Source: a candidate division WOR-3 bacterium
GTDB lineage: Bacteria; Hydrothermota; 32-111
Direction: 5' to 3'
Length of the DNA: 64,000 bases
NCBI GenBank assembly: GCA_039804105.1
Contig: JBDRZU010000002.1
Coordinates: forward strand, 192,001-256,000
Positions 29,001-38,439 of this stretch are shown piece by piece. Each line of letters starts with the position of its first letter. Within the stretch, counting starts at the first letter, position 1. The translations under genes and the position numbers were made by a program. The notes beneath the pieces are model-generated. The model was not told the origin of the DNA. It ran no database searches and was given only the letters and a program-made list of their open reading frames with translations.

Positions 29001-31464
29001 TAACAGGCAAATCATATTCATCAACTACCACAACCTCTATAAGACAAGAATCATCATTTTCAGATATATGAGATATTTTAAGTCCAGCATACCTATCTTT
29101 TATATTTTTTGTAAACGATATATTTTTTGAAACCATTTCCTTATTCAAATCTTTCACAGTTGCAATAAAATTTATAGAAACAGGATTTTTTCTCTTTTCT
29201 ATTGGAATCTTTTCTTTGAACAAAAATTTACCATCACGATCAAGAACATATCTTTTTTCGAAAATATTTTTTTGTTCTTTATCAATTTCAGAATAAATAT
29301 AAAAATTAAAATCGTAAAATTTTTGTGAAAAGAATGGAACTTCTGTTATCTGAAGATAACAGAATAAAGAATCGTTTGCCATTTGAAAACCTGAAAGATA
29401 TTTTGCCTCGATAGAAACTTCTACATCGTCATCATATAAAAATTTATTTTTTGAATTTACAATAACTTCAAACTTGGGCTCTTTAAACTCCTGAACCATA
29501 AAAGATGTTTGACCCACAAAAATCTCTTTAGAATAAAAATTAACATAATAGTAGCCGGTCTTAAAAGTATCCTCTATGCTAAAATTCAATAGAAAAGATC
29601 CGTTTTTATCAAGTTTTATGGATCCTTCTTTTATCTGCTTATATTCTGGATTTAAAATGAAATATTCAATATTCTTTATTTTGGGTAAAAAAATTCTATT
29701 CCCTTTAGATTCTCTTATTATTCCAGTTATCAGAACACTATCGTTTAAAGTGTAAAGATTTCTATCAGTAAACAGATAACCTTTGTAAAAATTCTCACTT
29801 TTTTCAAAATATAATGGAAAAATTAAATTTTTGCTTCCATTTTCCACATAGATAAACCTTGCTGTTTCAGAATTATTTTTTTGAAAAAATTTTATCTCAT
29901 TATTTTTTAACTGAAAGATTCCATCTTTTAGATTCTTACTGAATCTTTCTTTACCATTTTGATCAAATATTTTCAGTTTTACATTACCTTTAAATGTTTG
30001 GTTCGATTCATAATCTGAAACAACAAGAAAACCATTTTTGTTTGATAAAACCCCACTAACTTTTAATGGCGTTTTTTGATAAATAAACTCAAATCCATAA
30101 TCGTTATTATCCAAATAGTATTCAAGATAACCAAAACCAATGTTCTCTTTCAACGAAAATTCTTTTAAAAGATCTATACTATCCGTATATAGAAAATTTT
30201 TATTTACATCAAATTCAAATTTTTTATTTTTCCAGCTTTTGTAATCATTAGCATAATTTAAATTTATAAAATCTTGGATGAATTCTCGTTTGGTTCTTTC
30301 TTTTACATATACTTTAATATTGTTAAGATTCATCAATGAAAAATTCAACATCAAATTGTTACTTTTTCTTAAATAACTTTGGTTGAAAAGAACAAAAGGT
30401 TGATAATCTTTTACAAATATTTTATATTTACCAGGATTTTTTATTTTTTGATTGAAAATGTCTTTCAAATTACCATTGATCTTTAGAAAATACTCTCCGT
30501 CAGGTTTTAGTTCCTTGGTCAGATAAAATATCGTCGACTCATCATGGTAAAAATAATCCAAAATATTTTCTTCTTTGCCATCTGAGACGAATTTTACATT
30601 TTTAATGATTTCATCAACCTTTACCGGTGTAGAAAACTCTATATAAAAAGAGGTTTTTTGATTGAAAATCGGTAAACAGGAATCAGATTTATGAACAAAT
30701 TTGAAATCATCATATATTGAAAATCTCAAAACAATCTTTTCTCTCATGAATTCTTCATTGAAGATTTCCAAAGAATAATCTTTTGCCTTTTTAAAACCTC
30801 CCTTTTCTTTTACCCTAACACAATAAAAAGAGGATGTATCATTTTTACTATAAAAATATTCATAATTGTAATATGTTTCTTTACCTGTTCTTTTTGATTC
30901 TTCAATAATCTTTTCAACCGCTTTATCCCCACATTTCAATATAATACTTTTACTCAAAATCTCAAAAGGAATCTTATAGTTAAAAATTATATAAAAGAAA
31001 GAATCTGAATGGATCTTGTAGTATGAGGTTTTTACGATATTCAAACTCACAGGTCTGATTGTTAAATTAAAATCTTCTGAAAGAACAGAAGAATCCAAAG
31101 ATAAAACACCTTTCTCCAGAATAAATCTATAAGATTGTGATGGTATGAAAGAATCAGTATAAAAAACTATACTATTTTTTCCTTTACTTTTAAAAACACC
31201 TTTTAAAGGTGGATCACATTTATATTTTACATTCAAACTTTCAACATCCTGTAAAGGAAGAATATCCTTTGAAAAAGTAAAAACTATCTCCTTTATTCTT
31301 TCATCAACAAAAACATTACTCTCTGGGATTGTTGAAACAACCTCAATTTTTCCATAATTTGATTCAAAATGACTTATTTTATCTGTATAAACAATGTCAT
31401 TGAACGAAAATAAATTCAACGGTAAAGATATAAAAATAAAAGTGAAAAAATAATAAATCATCAT
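26032..31464 (-). CDS. Bacterial alpha-2-macroglobulin family protein
   Basis: N-terminal Ig-like domains, FTDRNLY, VQEFKEPKFEV, VDESVL, LPDNMGKFR, thioester CLEQ (27448..27459), Q..NGGF, PAGFE, MYDPE. Confidence 0.92.
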   Translation of the reverse strand: MMIYYFFTFIFISLPLNLFSFNDIVYTDKISHFESNYGKIEVVSTIPESNVFVDERIKEIVFTFSKDILPLQDVESLNVKYKCDPPLKGVFKSKGKNSIVFYTDSFIPSQSYRFILEKGVLSLDSSVLSEDFNLTIRPVSLNIVKTSYYKIHSDSFFYIIFNYKIPFEILSKSIILKCGDKAVEKIIEESKRTGKETYYNYEYFYSKNDTSSFYCVRVKEKGGFKKAKDYSLEIFNEEFMREKIVLRFSIYDDFKFVHKSDSCLPIFNQKTSFYIEFSTPVKVDEIIKNVKFVSDGKEENILDYFYHDESTIFYLTKELKPDGEYFLKINGNLKDIFNQKIKNPGKYKIFVKDYQPFVLFNQSYLRKSNNLMLNFSLMNLNNIKVYVKERTKREFIQDFINLNYANDYKSWKNKKFEFDVNKNFLYTDSIDLLKEFSLKENIGFGYLEYYLDNNDYGFEFIYQKTPLKVSGVLSNKNGFLVVSDYESNQTFKGNVKLKIFDQNGKERFSKNLKDGIFQLKNNEIKFFQKNNSETARFIYVENGSKNLIFPLYFEKSENFYKGYLFTDRNLYTLNDSVLITGIIRESKGNRIFLPKIKNIEYFILNPEYKQIKEGSIKLDKNGSFLLNFSIEDTFKTGYYYVNFYSKEIFVGQTSFMVQEFKEPKFEVIVNSKNKFLYDDDVEVSIEAKYLSGFQMANDSLFCYLQITEVPFFSQKFYDFNFYIYSEIDKEQKNIFEKRYVLDRDGKFLFKEKIPIEKRKNPVSINFIATVKDLNKEMVSKNISFTKNIKDRYAGLKISHISENDDSCLIEVVVVDEYDLPVKGEKIILNIFKPFTYNDSLHDTIKSFQFFTDQKVDSFWIKLPKNSYYKVELLYDGDRIVDRFYKGFFYYDDDDSGIHVLKNKDKYNVGDTVILKITSNDKDVEHYYYINKDSIFKFDNLSFKDNDTLLLKIPVEENFYGGFYFSIFNLKSDSLYNNPKITTHFIDVSSESKRLKFEMLTDREKYSPGDSVTVELKTDEKKKCNAVLFVVDESVLMLTGYNYNDPLNIFYSYYSNDVSFVNSDNFYPPSIFRYYGSKMMDGYHSEELSSVSYKDKKYTENLDVSSDIKTEEYFEKEMDIKFRKDFKSLVFYKKDIEFSNRKDLKIKFKLPDNMGKFRIVCITFDEEKFNIKEKSIRVDKEIIVSPSFPLFLRPFDEVDFSFVVLDNSNKKGDVKATIFSKEIEFLEKTKKFNGSDQKILVDFKGNVLFEDSAKIYIKVEKDSITDGMVLNLPIINHNLYEYSSLFSSSDSSEVIEYFNVSKGVNKSKSSIKINLNSTLIGGMILPFDYLKDYQYLCLEQKLSRIFPLIVGEDIINLYSLSELKGTTLRKFVASILKDIGTFQSENGGFKYFESDVYENEYLSVYTMYVIYHAIAKGYMISDKVKEKGLNYLESLLEENHNSLWGYSLNAKYSLEAFSLYVLSLYGRLNHREKIKEIFTNRDKLYLAEKARLVETLKNYSLINEQKTLLSEIKSNAKFESDYLFFEEKFSDWWFFNNNLKATATFLTSILKTEGNYEYAQFVVNYIFKNLKNGFWLNTHTTSLVLEALNEYYKIYEKEPTDFKIFLKFNDKTFYKKSFKGKRDNGSTYILEGKNFNDSINILKFEKKGKGRFYYTLKYRYTKTEIEKKLFNGFTIEREYLNINDEPVKSFKKGEFYKIKLKITTDKPRTFVVLEDNIPAGFEIVKREFLTEFLNLAGFNFKNSWWGDFYHEEFYRDKVLTSSIYLYEGEHVFTYFVKATVSGRFGVPPASVFEMYDPEIFGHTDSKIIEIE

Positions 31465-31468
31465 ATTT

Positions 31469-33586
31469 TTATTTTAATATAAAAAATTTACAGGTATGAC
31501 TTTCATCACCGTCCTTTAATATTATAAAATAAGTTCCAGCTTTTAAACCTTTCAAATTTATTGTGTTAGATCCTATTTTTAATCTCTTCATTCTTTTTAC
31601 AATTTTTCCTGAAATATCATAGATAAAAAATCCATTATCACTTTTTGAGATATTTATTATCATTTCTCCTTTTAAAAATTCTACTTTTGAGTTTTTATTA
31701 ATTCTTTTTTCGATTGGACCTGAGAAAGTTGATTGTAAAATGTAAAACTCTTGACATGCGAGATAAACTTTATCAGATTTGACATCTAAACCCATAGAGT
31801 TACCAATAGGTCTTGAGTAGGCAATCTCTTTTATATTCGTTACATCAGATACATCAAGAATTCTTATACCGTTGTAATAATCGCAAGCATACAAATTGTT
31901 TCCAGATTTTACCAACTCAAAAAAATCACCTGTTGTAGGATAGTAATTTGTTTCTATTGGGAAAGATGGATTTGAAATATCAATAATTCTTAAACCTTCA
32001 GTTCCATCAGCAATGTATGCATAGAAACCATCAGTTAAAACATCGTAAGCATAACCCGATGTGTTGAAACTTCCAGTAACAAATGGTGAAGAAATGTTTG
32101 ATATATCAAGTATGATGAGTCCTTCATTGTATGCCGCAACATAAGCAAAATTATCTTTTACAAAAATATCATATATTGGGAAAGAAAATTTATATTCTCC
32201 AACCTTTGAAATATTGTTTAAATCTGAAAGATCATATATAAAAACACCGGAATCATAATCTGCAACATAAAGATAGTTATTCTCTAAATAAATTCCATTA
32301 GAATTTGATACAGGGGGTATGTATGCAATCTGAACAGGATTTGATGAATCAGCAATATTTAAAATATAAACACCCGAATAGCCAGCTGACAAAAAAAGTA
32401 AGGTATCAGCGAGATTCATTTCAATAATATTTGAAGGTAGAATAAACTCTGAAATATATTTCATATTCGATGGATCCGAAATATCATAAACCTTCAAACC
32501 ATCATTTCTTCTCGATAAAAACCCAATATTCCCTCTGACTTTAACTTCATTCACTTCATCAAAGGTAAAATATGAGTAAGTTTCAATGGGATCGTTTACA
32601 TCAGAAATATTTATGACTCTGATGCCACCATTGTATGTTGATATGAAAGCAAAAGTGTTAATTACAAATGATCTGTAAAAAGAAATATTATTATTTGAGG
32701 GTAATGAAAATCCTATTTCTTTAAAATCTGATGGGTCAGATATATCAATTATCCTAAGGCCCTTCAAATCTGCGCAAGCGAAAAGTGTATCACCTTTTAA
32801 AACAAGATCTGTAAAAAATCCATCAGTTTCTAAAGTATCATAAAGAACAGGGTTTGTTTTATCCGAAATATCTATAACAGATAAACCTTCACCACCATTT
32901 GCAAGAAAAGCATAATCACCCTTTACAACTACATCATACAACCCATCACCTTTTGTAATTGAGCCAACCAAAGCAGGGTTTGAAGGATCTGTTATATCGA
33001 AAATAAACATTCCTGAAAGCCAACCAGCTAAATATGCATAATTTCCTTCAACAAAAATTCCCATAAGAAAATTGTAAGGTATTGAGTATTCGCTAACTTT
33101 TGTTGGATTAAATGGATCAGATACATCCATAATCGTTAATCCAACTAAACTGTTCGCAAGATAAAGATAATTACCTGAAACCACCATATCAATAACTGGA
33201 GAAGTCGGATAGAATACTGAAACGAGTTTCATATCATAAGGATCAGAAATATCATATATAAAAACCTTTGCTTCCATTGTTGAAACAAGGGCATAATTCC
33301 CTGAAATGGTTATGCATTGTGGTGATTCAATAAGAATTTCATTTAAAACAACAAATTTATTCCTATCTCTTATATCAAAAGAAACAAAAGAGTTTGTAAA
33401 AAGTGCAAAAGCAAAACTATCTTTTACAAAAATATCAGTTGAGTGTTTATGGTAATACAACTTACCAAGAGATCTCATATTTAAACTGTCAACAAGAAAT
33501 TTTGAAGAATTTGCATCAAATTTCGACAATGGAAACAAAGAAAAAGATATATAAATTATAAGCGAGAACAGAAAAAATTTTTTCAT
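31469..33586 (-). CDS. LVIVD-repeat beta-propeller protein with T9SS-like C-terminal sorting domain
   Basis: Many YAYxA....GLxI(I/L)DISDP repeats, signal peptide, CTD IYDISGK...LKAGTYFI...KFFILK. Confidence 0.9.
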   Translation of the reverse strand: MKKFFLFSLIIYISFSLFPLSKFDANSSKFLVDSLNMRSLGKLYYHKHSTDIFVKDSFAFALFTNSFVSFDIRDRNKFVVLNEILIESPQCITISGNYALVSTMEAKVFIYDISDPYDMKLVSVFYPTSPVIDMVVSGNYLYLANSLVGLTIMDVSDPFNPTKVSEYSIPYNFLMGIFVEGNYAYLAGWLSGMFIFDITDPSNPALVGSITKGDGLYDVVVKGDYAFLANGGEGLSVIDISDKTNPVLYDTLETDGFFTDLVLKGDTLFACADLKGLRIIDISDPSDFKEIGFSLPSNNNISFYRSFVINTFAFISTYNGGIRVINISDVNDPIETYSYFTFDEVNEVKVRGNIGFLSRRNDGLKVYDISDPSNMKYISEFILPSNIIEMNLADTLLFLSAGYSGVYILNIADSSNPVQIAYIPPVSNSNGIYLENNYLYVADYDSGVFIYDLSDLNNISKVGEYKFSFPIYDIFVKDNFAYVAAYNEGLIILDISNISSPFVTGSFNTSGYAYDVLTDGFYAYIADGTEGLRIIDISNPSFPIETNYYPTTGDFFELVKSGNNLYACDYYNGIRILDVSDVTNIKEIAYSRPIGNSMGLDVKSDKVYLACQEFYILQSTFSGPIEKRINKNSKVEFLKGEMIINISKSDNGFFIYDISGKIVKRMKRLKIGSNTINLKGLKAGTYFIILKDGDESHTCKFFILK

Positions 33587-33602
33587 AATACCTCCTAATT
33601 TT

Positions 33603-33630
33603 ATTTTACGATTAACTATATTTTTTTCAA
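33603..33630 (-). promoter_or_regulatory. sigma70-type promoter TTGAAA-N16-TAAAAT (LVIVD-A2M-cyclase unit)
   Basis: Hexamers followed by AGGAGGT and ATG 33586. Confidence 0.5.
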
Positions 33631-33649
33631 TGAAAAAAAATTTTTATTA

Positions 33650-33677
33650 TTGAAGTTTGTTTATTTTAGAGTATAAT
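33650..33677 (+). promoter_or_regulatory. sigma70-type promoter TTGAAG-N16-TATAAT, probably leaderless
   Basis: -10 box is 6 nt from an in-frame GTG at 33684. Confidence 0.5.
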
Positions 33678-33683
33678 CACTCT

Positions 33684-34130
33684 GTGAATTCATATAGAAA
33701 ATCACAAAAAGAAATTCAAAGTTTTGGCATCGACAAAAAAAGCGAAAAAATAATATTCGGATTACCTTTATACCACATCTCTTTTGGTATAGATGAAAAC
33801 AAAAAGATAAGAAAAGCAAGAGGATTTTTTGCTTTAGGTCAATATGCTTCTGGTTATATAGTTGTTGCACAATTCGGCTATGCATACCTTTTCGGTTTAG
33901 GACAATTTATCACAGCACCAATCTCAATTGGTCAATTTTCATTTGGATTATTATCTGTTGGACAATTCGCTATTGGTGTTATTTCGATAGGACAAATAGC
34001 TTTTGGTCTTTATTCAATTGGGTTAACTGCGATTGGGAAATATGTATATTCAAATATTAGAAAAGACCATGAAGTGATAGAATTATTTTCAAGCATGGTT
34101 AAATTTTTAAAACTACTGGTAAAATTCTAA
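33684..34130 (+). CDS. Gly-rich hypothetical membrane protein
   Basis: FGLPLYHISFG..KARGFFALG followed by (S/A)(I/V/L)GQ(F/I) repeats. Start placed at GTG 33684 from promoter position (ORF track starts at 33657). Confidence 0.65.
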   Translation: MNSYRKSQKEIQSFGIDKKSEKIIFGLPLYHISFGIDENKKIRKARGFFALGQYASGYIVVAQFGYAYLFGLGQFITAPISIGQFSFGLLSVGQFAIGVISIGQIAFGLYSIGLTAIGKYVYSNIRKDHEVIELFSSMVKFLKLLVKF

Positions 34131-35194
34131 ATAGATTCTCTTATTCTTTTCATCAACCTGATGTAATAGTTTATATTGTGTTCTGTTGCTAAAATACCTG
34201 CAAGCATTTCTTCTGCCTTAAAAAGATGATGTAGATAAGCTCTTGAATAGTTTTTACAAAGATGGCAATTGCATCCACTCTCAACAGGTGAAAAATCATG
34301 TTTATATTTTGCATTTTTTATTAAAATTTTTCCCTTTTCAGTAAAGAGAGCACCATTTCTTGCATTTCTTGTTGGAACAACACAATCAAAAATATCAAAT
34401 CCATTTTCAACTGCATAAACAATATCATCCTCTTCTCCTACACCCATAAGATATCTTGGTTTATCTTCTGGCATTATTGATTGACCCATATCGATAACTT
34501 TTCTTATATATTCTTTTGATTCACCTATAGCAACACCACCCATAGCGTAACCATCAAAACCAATTTCCTGAAGTTTTTCTGAACAATAGTTTCTAAGGTT
34601 TTCAAAAATAGACCCCTGTATTATTCCAAATTGATATTGTTTATACCCATAAAGAGGAGTTGTTTTAAAAAATTGTTCTCTTGCTCTTTTTGCCCAATCG
34701 AGTGTTCTTTTAACTGAATGTTTTGCATATTCATAAGTTACAGGGAATTCCATACATTCATCGAGAACCATCATAATGTCGGTTCCAAGAACCCTTTGCA
34801 TATCAACATTGTTTTCAGGTGTAAACTCATGGTATGAACCGTCAATATGTGATTGAAAGACAACTCCATTATCCTTAAATTTTCTCAACTTTGAAAGTGA
34901 AAATATTTGAAATCCTCCAGAATCTGAAAACAATGTTCTTTCCCATCCCATAAACTTATGTATCCCACCCGCTTCTTTTATTATTTCGAGACCTGGTCTG
35001 AGATAAAGATGGTATGTATTTGTGATCAAAAATTGAACTCCCCAATCGATAAGATCTTTTGCCGACATCGCCTTCACACTCGCCTGAGTGGCAACAAACA
35101 TCAAATTGGGGGTCTCAACAACTCCATGTGAAGTTTTTAAAAGTCCCAACCGTTTTTTACCATTTCTTTTTTTTATTTCAAACAACTCACTCAT
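34127..35194 (-). CDS. tgt: tRNA-guanine transglycosylase
   Basis: NTYHL, DSGGFQ, DEC, GIIQG, RYLMGVG and DCVVPTRNAR motifs. Zn site CxCxxC...H. Confidence 0.97.
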   Translation of the reverse strand: MSELFEIKKRNGKKRLGLLKTSHGVVETPNLMFVATQASVKAMSAKDLIDWGVQFLITNTYHLYLRPGLEIIKEAGGIHKFMGWERTLFSDSGGFQIFSLSKLRKFKDNGVVFQSHIDGSYHEFTPENNVDMQRVLGTDIMMVLDECMEFPVTYEYAKHSVKRTLDWAKRAREQFFKTTPLYGYKQYQFGIIQGSIFENLRNYCSEKLQEIGFDGYAMGGVAIGESKEYIRKVIDMGQSIMPEDKPRYLMGVGEEDDIVYAVENGFDIFDCVVPTRNARNGALFTEKGKILIKNAKYKHDFSPVESGCNCHLCKNYSRAYLHHLFKAEEMLAGILATEHNINYYIRLMKRIRESI

Positions 35195-36213
35195 AATATC
35201 ACCATAGCATCACCATAAGAGAAAAATCTAAATTTTTTTTCTATAGCAAACTTATACGATTCAAGAATAAGATCTCTACCAGCAAAAGCTGAAACAAGCA
35301 TAAACAGAGTAGATTTTGGAAGATGGAAATTTGTTATGAGTATATCTGTAGATTTTATTTCGTAGGGAGGGTATATAAAAATATCTGTAAAACCTTTTTT
35401 AGGTAAGAATTTTTCTCCATCAAAACTCGTTTCAAGAGTTCTTAAACTTGTGGTTCCAACAGCAACGATTTTTCTTTTCTTTTTCTTCGAATCATTCAGT
35501 ATGTTCACAACTTCTTCGTTTATTTCAATATATTCACTATGCATTTTATGTTTTCTTATATCTTCAACTTTAACCGGTTGAAAAGTCCCCAAACCTATAT
35601 GTAAAAGAATATCAACTATTTCAATACCTTTGTTTTTCAACGAGTTCAAAATTTCGTCTGTAAAATGTAAACCTGCAGTTGGAGCAGCAGATGAACCGAG
35701 TGTTTTAGCATAACATGTTTGATAATTAAAAATATCATCCTTTTCATCTTTCCTTTTAATATATGGTGGTAATGGAACATGTCCATATTTTTCAAAAAAC
35801 AGATCTTTATCTTCAAACGGTATTTTAATCTTATACTCTTCATTTTCCTTTGATTCTATCTCAATAAAGAGGTTATCATCTAAAAAAATCTTTTCTTTTT
35901 CTTTCAATTTTTTTCTTGTTTTTATAATTGCTTTGAAAATTTTTCCCTGAGAGAATGGTTCTGTTATAAGGATTTCAACTTTACCACCTGTTTCTTTTTT
36001 TCCAAAAATTCTTGCTTTTGCAACCTTTGTTATGTTTCTTACAAGAATTGAATTCGGTGGGATTATATTGGTTATATCTGAAAAATTTTTTTCAAAAAAA
36101 TTTTTTCTATTCCTATCAACAACAAGTAATCTACTTTTTCCCTTTTCAGGAGGATGAAAAGCGATAAGTTCTTTTGGCAACTGAAAGTCATAATCAGAGA
36201 TATTAAAACTCAT
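35191..36213 (-). CDS. queA: SAM:tRNA ribosyltransferase-isomerase
   Basis: PLPPYI, AAPTAGLHF, AVGTT, TNFHLPKSTL and RFFSYGDAM motifs. Confidence 0.97.
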   Translation of the reverse strand: MSFNISDYDFQLPKELIAFHPPEKGKSRLLVVDRNRKNFFEKNFSDITNIIPPNSILVRNITKVAKARIFGKKETGGKVEILITEPFSQGKIFKAIIKTRKKLKEKEKIFLDDNLFIEIESKENEEYKIKIPFEDKDLFFEKYGHVPLPPYIKRKDEKDDIFNYQTCYAKTLGSSAAPTAGLHFTDEILNSLKNKGIEIVDILLHIGLGTFQPVKVEDIRKHKMHSEYIEINEEVVNILNDSKKKKRKIVAVGTTSLRTLETSFDGEKFLPKKGFTDIFIYPPYEIKSTDILITNFHLPKSTLFMLVSAFAGRDLILESYKFAIEKKFRFFSYGDAMVIL

Positions 36214-36422
36214 CTTTTGAAGATTTTTAGAACAATGTTTAAAATTATTGTTAAGATTATAGACACCAATATCGATGTTCCAAGTGGAAAATAAAATTTA
36301 AAGTTTTCCTTTTCTATTTTAAAATCTAAAGGATTTTTAAAATTTATTTTTTCAAAAATAAAAAATATAATTCCTGTTATCAAAAAGAAAAAGGATAACA
36401 AGAAAAGGATTCTATATATCAA
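36210..36422 (-). CDS. DUF2905 family small membrane protein
   Basis: [24 protein letters not shown]. Usual position between ruvB and queA. TTG 36422 follows GGAGG. Confidence 0.8.
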   Translation of the reverse strand: MIYRILFLLSFFFLITGIIFFIFEKINFKNPLDFKIEKENFKFYFPLGTSILVSIILTIILNIVLKIFKR

Positions 36423-37425
36423 AGAGTCCTCCTTCATACTTGAATCCAAGATGTTCAAAAGCCAATTTTGTTGCAACTCTTCCCCTTTGTGTCCTCTTCA
36501 ACAATCCTTTCATAATCAAAAATGGTTCGTAGACCTCTTCAAGAGTTTCAGCAGTTTCTCCAACAGATATTGCAAGAGTTGATATACCTACAGGACCTCC
36601 ACTGTATTTTTCAATTATCGTTTTTAATATTGTAACACTCAGTTCATCCAAACCGAGTTCATCAACATCAAACATTTTCATAGCACTTATAACAGTTTCT
36701 TTATCAATAATACCTTTACTTTTGACGATAGCAAAATCTCTTACTCTTTTTAAAAGTCTATTAGCTATTCTTGGAGTTCCTCTTGATCTTTTCGCTATCT
36801 CTGATAGCCCCTCATCGTTTGAATTTATTCCCAATATCTTTGCTGATCTTTTCAATATATTCTTCAAGTCATCATCAGTATAAAAATCAAGCCTATGGCT
36901 CATTCCAAATCTTGATCTTAACGGTGAAGTTAAAAGTCCACTCCTTGTCGTTGCACCTATAAGAGTAAAGGGTTTTATCTTTATCTTTATGCTCCTTGCC
37001 GAAGGTCCAGAATCAAGCATTATATCAAGGACAAAATCTTCCATCGCAGGATAAAGATACTCTTCCACTACTCTATTCACACGGTGTATCTCATCTATGA
37101 ATAGAACATCTCCCTTCTCAAGTTTTGTTAGAATTCCCGCAAGATCTCCTGGTCTTTCAAGTATTGGACCACTTGTTGAATATATCTTTACACCAAGTTC
37201 GTTTGCTATAATATAGGACAAAGTTGTCTTTCCAAGTCCAGGAGGTCCAAAAAAGAGTATATGATCCAAAACATCGTTTCTTATTTTTGCTGACTCTATA
37301 GAAATTTTAAGATTTTCCTTTAATTTCTCCTGTCCAATAAATGAATCAAGGATTTTTGGCCTTAAACTTTCCTCAATCTCGTTATCTTCATTCAACCTAT
37401 CAGAAGAGATTATCTCTTTATTCAT
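36412..37425 (-). CDS. ruvB: Holliday junction branch migration helicase RuvB
   Basis: [34 protein letters not shown] and YEPFL motifs. Confidence 0.98.
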   Translation of the reverse strand: MNKEIISSDRLNEDNEIEESLRPKILDSFIGQEKLKENLKISIESAKIRNDVLDHILFFGPPGLGKTTLSYIIANELGVKIYSTSGPILERPGDLAGILTKLEKGDVLFIDEIHRVNRVVEEYLYPAMEDFVLDIMLDSGPSARSIKIKIKPFTLIGATTRSGLLTSPLRSRFGMSHRLDFYTDDDLKNILKRSAKILGINSNDEGLSEIAKRSRGTPRIANRLLKRVRDFAIVKSKGIIDKETVISAMKMFDVDELGLDELSVTILKTIIEKYSGGPVGISTLAISVGETAETLEEVYEPFLIMKGLLKRTQRGRVATKLAFEHLGFKYEGGLFDI

Positions 37426-37982
37426 CCTAACCTCTTTAGAACTTCTTTAATTATTTCCTCAACATTCTCCGAATCACCAACATTTTTTAAAACATCATTT
37501 AAAACGGGAGATATATCTTTATCAGAAAACCCAAGTGATTTTAGTGCATCGTAAGCATCTTTTGCTATACCTTTTTTATCAAAAGAAATTTTTCCTGAAA
37601 GTTCAAGAATTATTGATTCTGCGAGTTTCTTACTCACATTTTTTGCTCTTGCAAGAATTTTAGGATCAGAGTTATTAACAGCATTTTCAAACTCTTCAAC
37701 AGAAAGAGTATTGAATATTGATATTGCTGTTTTTGGACCGATTTTTGGAATTTCAATCAATTTTAAAAACATATCCCTTTCTTTAGAAGAGGAAAAACCA
37801 AAAATTTCAAACTCTTCATTTTTCAACGAAAGATATGTAAAAATTTTAACCTCTTTACCAATATCAGGGAGAGATGAAAATGTTGTAAAAGATACCCTTA
37901 ATTTGTATCCTACCCCATTATTTTCAACGACGATGAACGGAAGTATTTTTTCAGTTAAAATTCCTTTAATGTACCAGTTCAT
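37422..37982 (-). CDS. ruvA: Holliday junction branch migration protein RuvA
   Basis: NGVGY, IFGF, HhH motif IGPKTA, ALKSLGF. Synteny with ruvB and ruvC. Confidence 0.93.
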   Translation of the reverse strand: MNWYIKGILTEKILPFIVVENNGVGYKLRVSFTTFSSLPDIGKEVKIFTYLSLKNEEFEIFGFSSSKERDMFLKLIEIPKIGPKTAISIFNTLSVEEFENAVNNSDPKILARAKNVSKKLAESIILELSGKISFDKKGIAKDAYDALKSLGFSDKDISPVLNDVLKNVGDSENVEEIIKEVLKRLG

Positions 37983-38439
37983 AATCCTTTCTATTCAAAA
38001 AAGTATAAGTGACAGCAAGTGCATCTGAAACATCGTAAGGTAAATCTTTTTCTATTTTGAAAATATACTTTACCATAAATTGAACCTGTTCTTTTGTTGA
38101 ATGTCCCTTACCGGTAATAGACTTTTTTATGAGATTTGGAGAAAAGAATCTAATCTTTATCCCATTTTTTACACACGATACTATCAAGGCAGAACGAACC
38201 ATAGAGAGTATTGAAGTTGTTTTTACATTCTTATGGTAAAAAGATTCTTCAAAAACAGCAAAATCAGGTTGAAACTTTTGGAGAATAGAGTCGGACTCAA
38301 AAAATATTTCATACAACCTGTTTTCCAATTTTTCTTCAGAATCTGTTTTAATAATTCCTGCTGTTATGATTTTAAAAGTATCGTTTACTATCGCATAACC
38401 TGTCTGTTTTAAACTTGGATCAAATCCAATAACTTTCAC
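37966..38439 (-). CDS. ruvC: Crossover junction endodeoxyribonuclease RuvC
   Basis: IGFDPS..TGY, catalytic E, IKKSITGKGHSTKEQV and D..DALA motifs. Confidence 0.95.
   Translation of the reverse strand: MKVIGFDPSLKQTGYAIVNDTFKIITAGIIKTDSEEKLENRLYEIFFESDSILQKFQPDFAVFEESFYHKNVKTTSILSMVRSALIVSCVKNGIKIRFFSPNLIKKSITGKGHSTKEQVQFMVKYIFKIEKDLPYDVSDALAVTYTFLNRKDYELVH

Noticed and set aside
31700..33400. Recurring GATATATC/GAAATATC-like words as a CRISPR or DNA repeat array
   Set aside because: They are explained by the protein-level LVIVD (IDISDP) repeats. There are no identical direct repeats with spacers.
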